From the IMG/VR virus record IMGVR_UViG_3300035070_003385, positions 32,001 through 96,000 of that record: a stretch of 64,000 nucleotides of DNA. The stretch is one strand, 5' to 3'. Made by a program: the position numbers and the translations under genes. The notes beneath the pieces were generated by a model. The model worked only from the letters and a program-made list of their open reading frames with translations, made no database searches and was not told the origin of the DNA. Positions 62,799-64,000 of this stretch are shown in pieces (within the stretch, counting starts at the first letter, position 1; every line of letters starts with the position of its first letter). The stretch is from a virus.

Positions 62799-63527
62799 AT
62801 GATAGAACAGTGTTCTAAAATGGCAAAACTAGCTGGGATTGCATATCTTGATGAAAAACCAGCAAAACCAAAATATAAAAAGCTTGGGTATGCAGGTCAT
62901 AATTTTATAGAAAATGATGGAGCACAGTGTCATGCTATTTGGAACGATGAAGAAATTGTATTATGTTTTAGAGGAACTGAGCCAAACGAATTTTCAGATA
63001 TATTAGCAGATCTTAATGCTTGGCCTGATAAAGCGCAAGTAGGCGGAAGAGTTCATAATGGTTTCCAAAACGAATTAGAAAAAATTTGGGAAGATATAAT
63101 TGAAATTCTTGAAGTAAATAAAGACAAAGAATTGTATATCACAGGTCATTCTTTAGGTGGCGCAATGGCAACAATTGCTGCTAGCCGTTTAAAAGACGAA
63201 ATAGAAGCTCTATACACGTATGGATCACCAAGAGTTGGTACTAGAAAATTTGTAAAATCTTTTTCTAACGTTGAACATTATCGTCACGTTAATAATAACG
63301 ATGTGGTTACTTCAATTCCATTAGCATTGATGGGATACGTACATCACTGCCCTCCTCGTTACATTAATTATCATGGGCACATTAGACCTTTTACTCCTTG
63401 GCAAAGATTAAAAGATAAGTGGCGTGGTAGGTTAGCGTCAATTAAGCAATGGAAACCATTCGATGGCGCATCAGATCACGGAATGGATTATTACATAGAA
63501 TATACGGAGAAAAATAAAAATGTCTAG
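62799..63527 (+). CDS. Class 3 lipase (alpha/beta hydrolase)
   Basis: FRGTE, VHNGF, ITGHSLGGAMA, TYGSPRVG, NDVV..IP, DH. Confidence 0.9.
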   Translation: MIEQCSKMAKLAGIAYLDEKPAKPKYKKLGYAGHNFIENDGAQCHAIWNDEEIVLCFRGTEPNEFSDILADLNAWPDKAQVGGRVHNGFQNELEKIWEDIIEILEVNKDKELYITGHSLGGAMATIAASRLKDEIEALYTYGSPRVGTRKFVKSFSNVEHYRHVNNNDVVTSIPLALMGYVHHCPPRYINYHGHIRPFTPWQRLKDKWRGRLASIKQWKPFDGASDHGMDYYIEYTEKNKNV

Positions 63528-63729
63528 CGAAATACTAAAAGATGAAGATACTCCTGAAGGAACCTTTGATTTAAGTTTTAGGGTTATGAATAACGAAATA
63601 CTAGGATTTACAATGCGTGTTGATGATTTTAAAGCTAAGTGGCTATTATTAGGTCTTATATCTATTGCCGTTTTGGGATATATAGTTTCAATCTTTGGCC
63701 CTGCTATAATGTCTACGTTTGGAAGCTAA
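63520..63729 (+). CDS. Small membrane protein
   Basis: C-terminal TM helix. Confidence 0.6.
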   Translation: MSSEILKDEDTPEGTFDLSFRVMNNEILGFTMRVDDFKAKWLLLGLISIAVLGYIVSIFGPAIMSTFGS

Positions 63730-63730
63730 C

Positions 63731-64000
63731 ATGGATACATTAGTAAGAATGTTTGGTGATACACTGTGGATTTATACAGCGATCGGCGGGTCAATAATTG
63801 GTGCTGCGTTTTTGGCATGGTTTAGAAATACACACGCAGCACTTTATCTAATGTCAAAATTTGACGCGTTTTTAGATTATTTAGTAGATAAGTTTGGGTG
63901 GAATTGGCTACAAGATGATCCCGAGGCTTGGCGGAAACGGTATCCACGTGTTACTAAAAAAATTGACGACTTAGAACAACGTATTAAAGAATTAGAAAAT
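63731..64000 (+). CDS. Membrane protein, truncated at the window end
   Basis: ATG at 63731; frame open to 64000 (MDTLVRMFGDTLWIYTAIGGSIIGAAFLAW...). Confidence 0.6.
   Translation, partial: MDTLVRMFGDTLWIYTAIGGSIIGAAFLAWFRNTHAALYLMSKFDAFLDYLVDKFGWNWLQDDPEAWRKRYPRVTKKIDDLEQRIKELEN

Overview
A 64-kb, AT-rich segment of a T4-like myovirus genome. The likely host is a marine alphaproteobacterium, probably Rhodobacteraceae-like. That is inferred from a permuted two-piece tmRNA with an ANANRAPKMALAA tag, an alpha-type PstS and porin, and a ROSE-like thermometer. In order, the window carries: baseplate/tail genes (gp5, hub, split gp53, gp48, gp4, gp2, gp54, gp26, gp51, gp29-like tape measure), hsp20, and the regA-gp62-gp44-gp45 replisome block. 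A DNA-modification region follows (glycosyltransferases, C5-MTase-like, HAD, NTP-transferase/kinase, N6-MTase, dCMP deaminase, gp42 dCMP hydroxymethylase, DUF5664, GIY-YIG). Then come pstS, gp43-gp46-gp47-gp55, uvsW/uvsY/gp3, PMM/cytidylyltransferase/TilS, topoisomerase II, an early-promoter array, a tRNA cluster, dps, kdsA/kdsB, tmRNA, a porin, a block of secreted proteins and a lipase. The strongest lead is that the DNA polymerase, the C5-MTase-like protein and the GT-B glycosyltransferase all end in the same TLE(S/E/D)FF peptide. This points to sliding-clamp-tethered, replication-coupled hypermodification of hydroxymethylcytosine. All calls come from reading motifs by eye; no database searches or folding programs were run.
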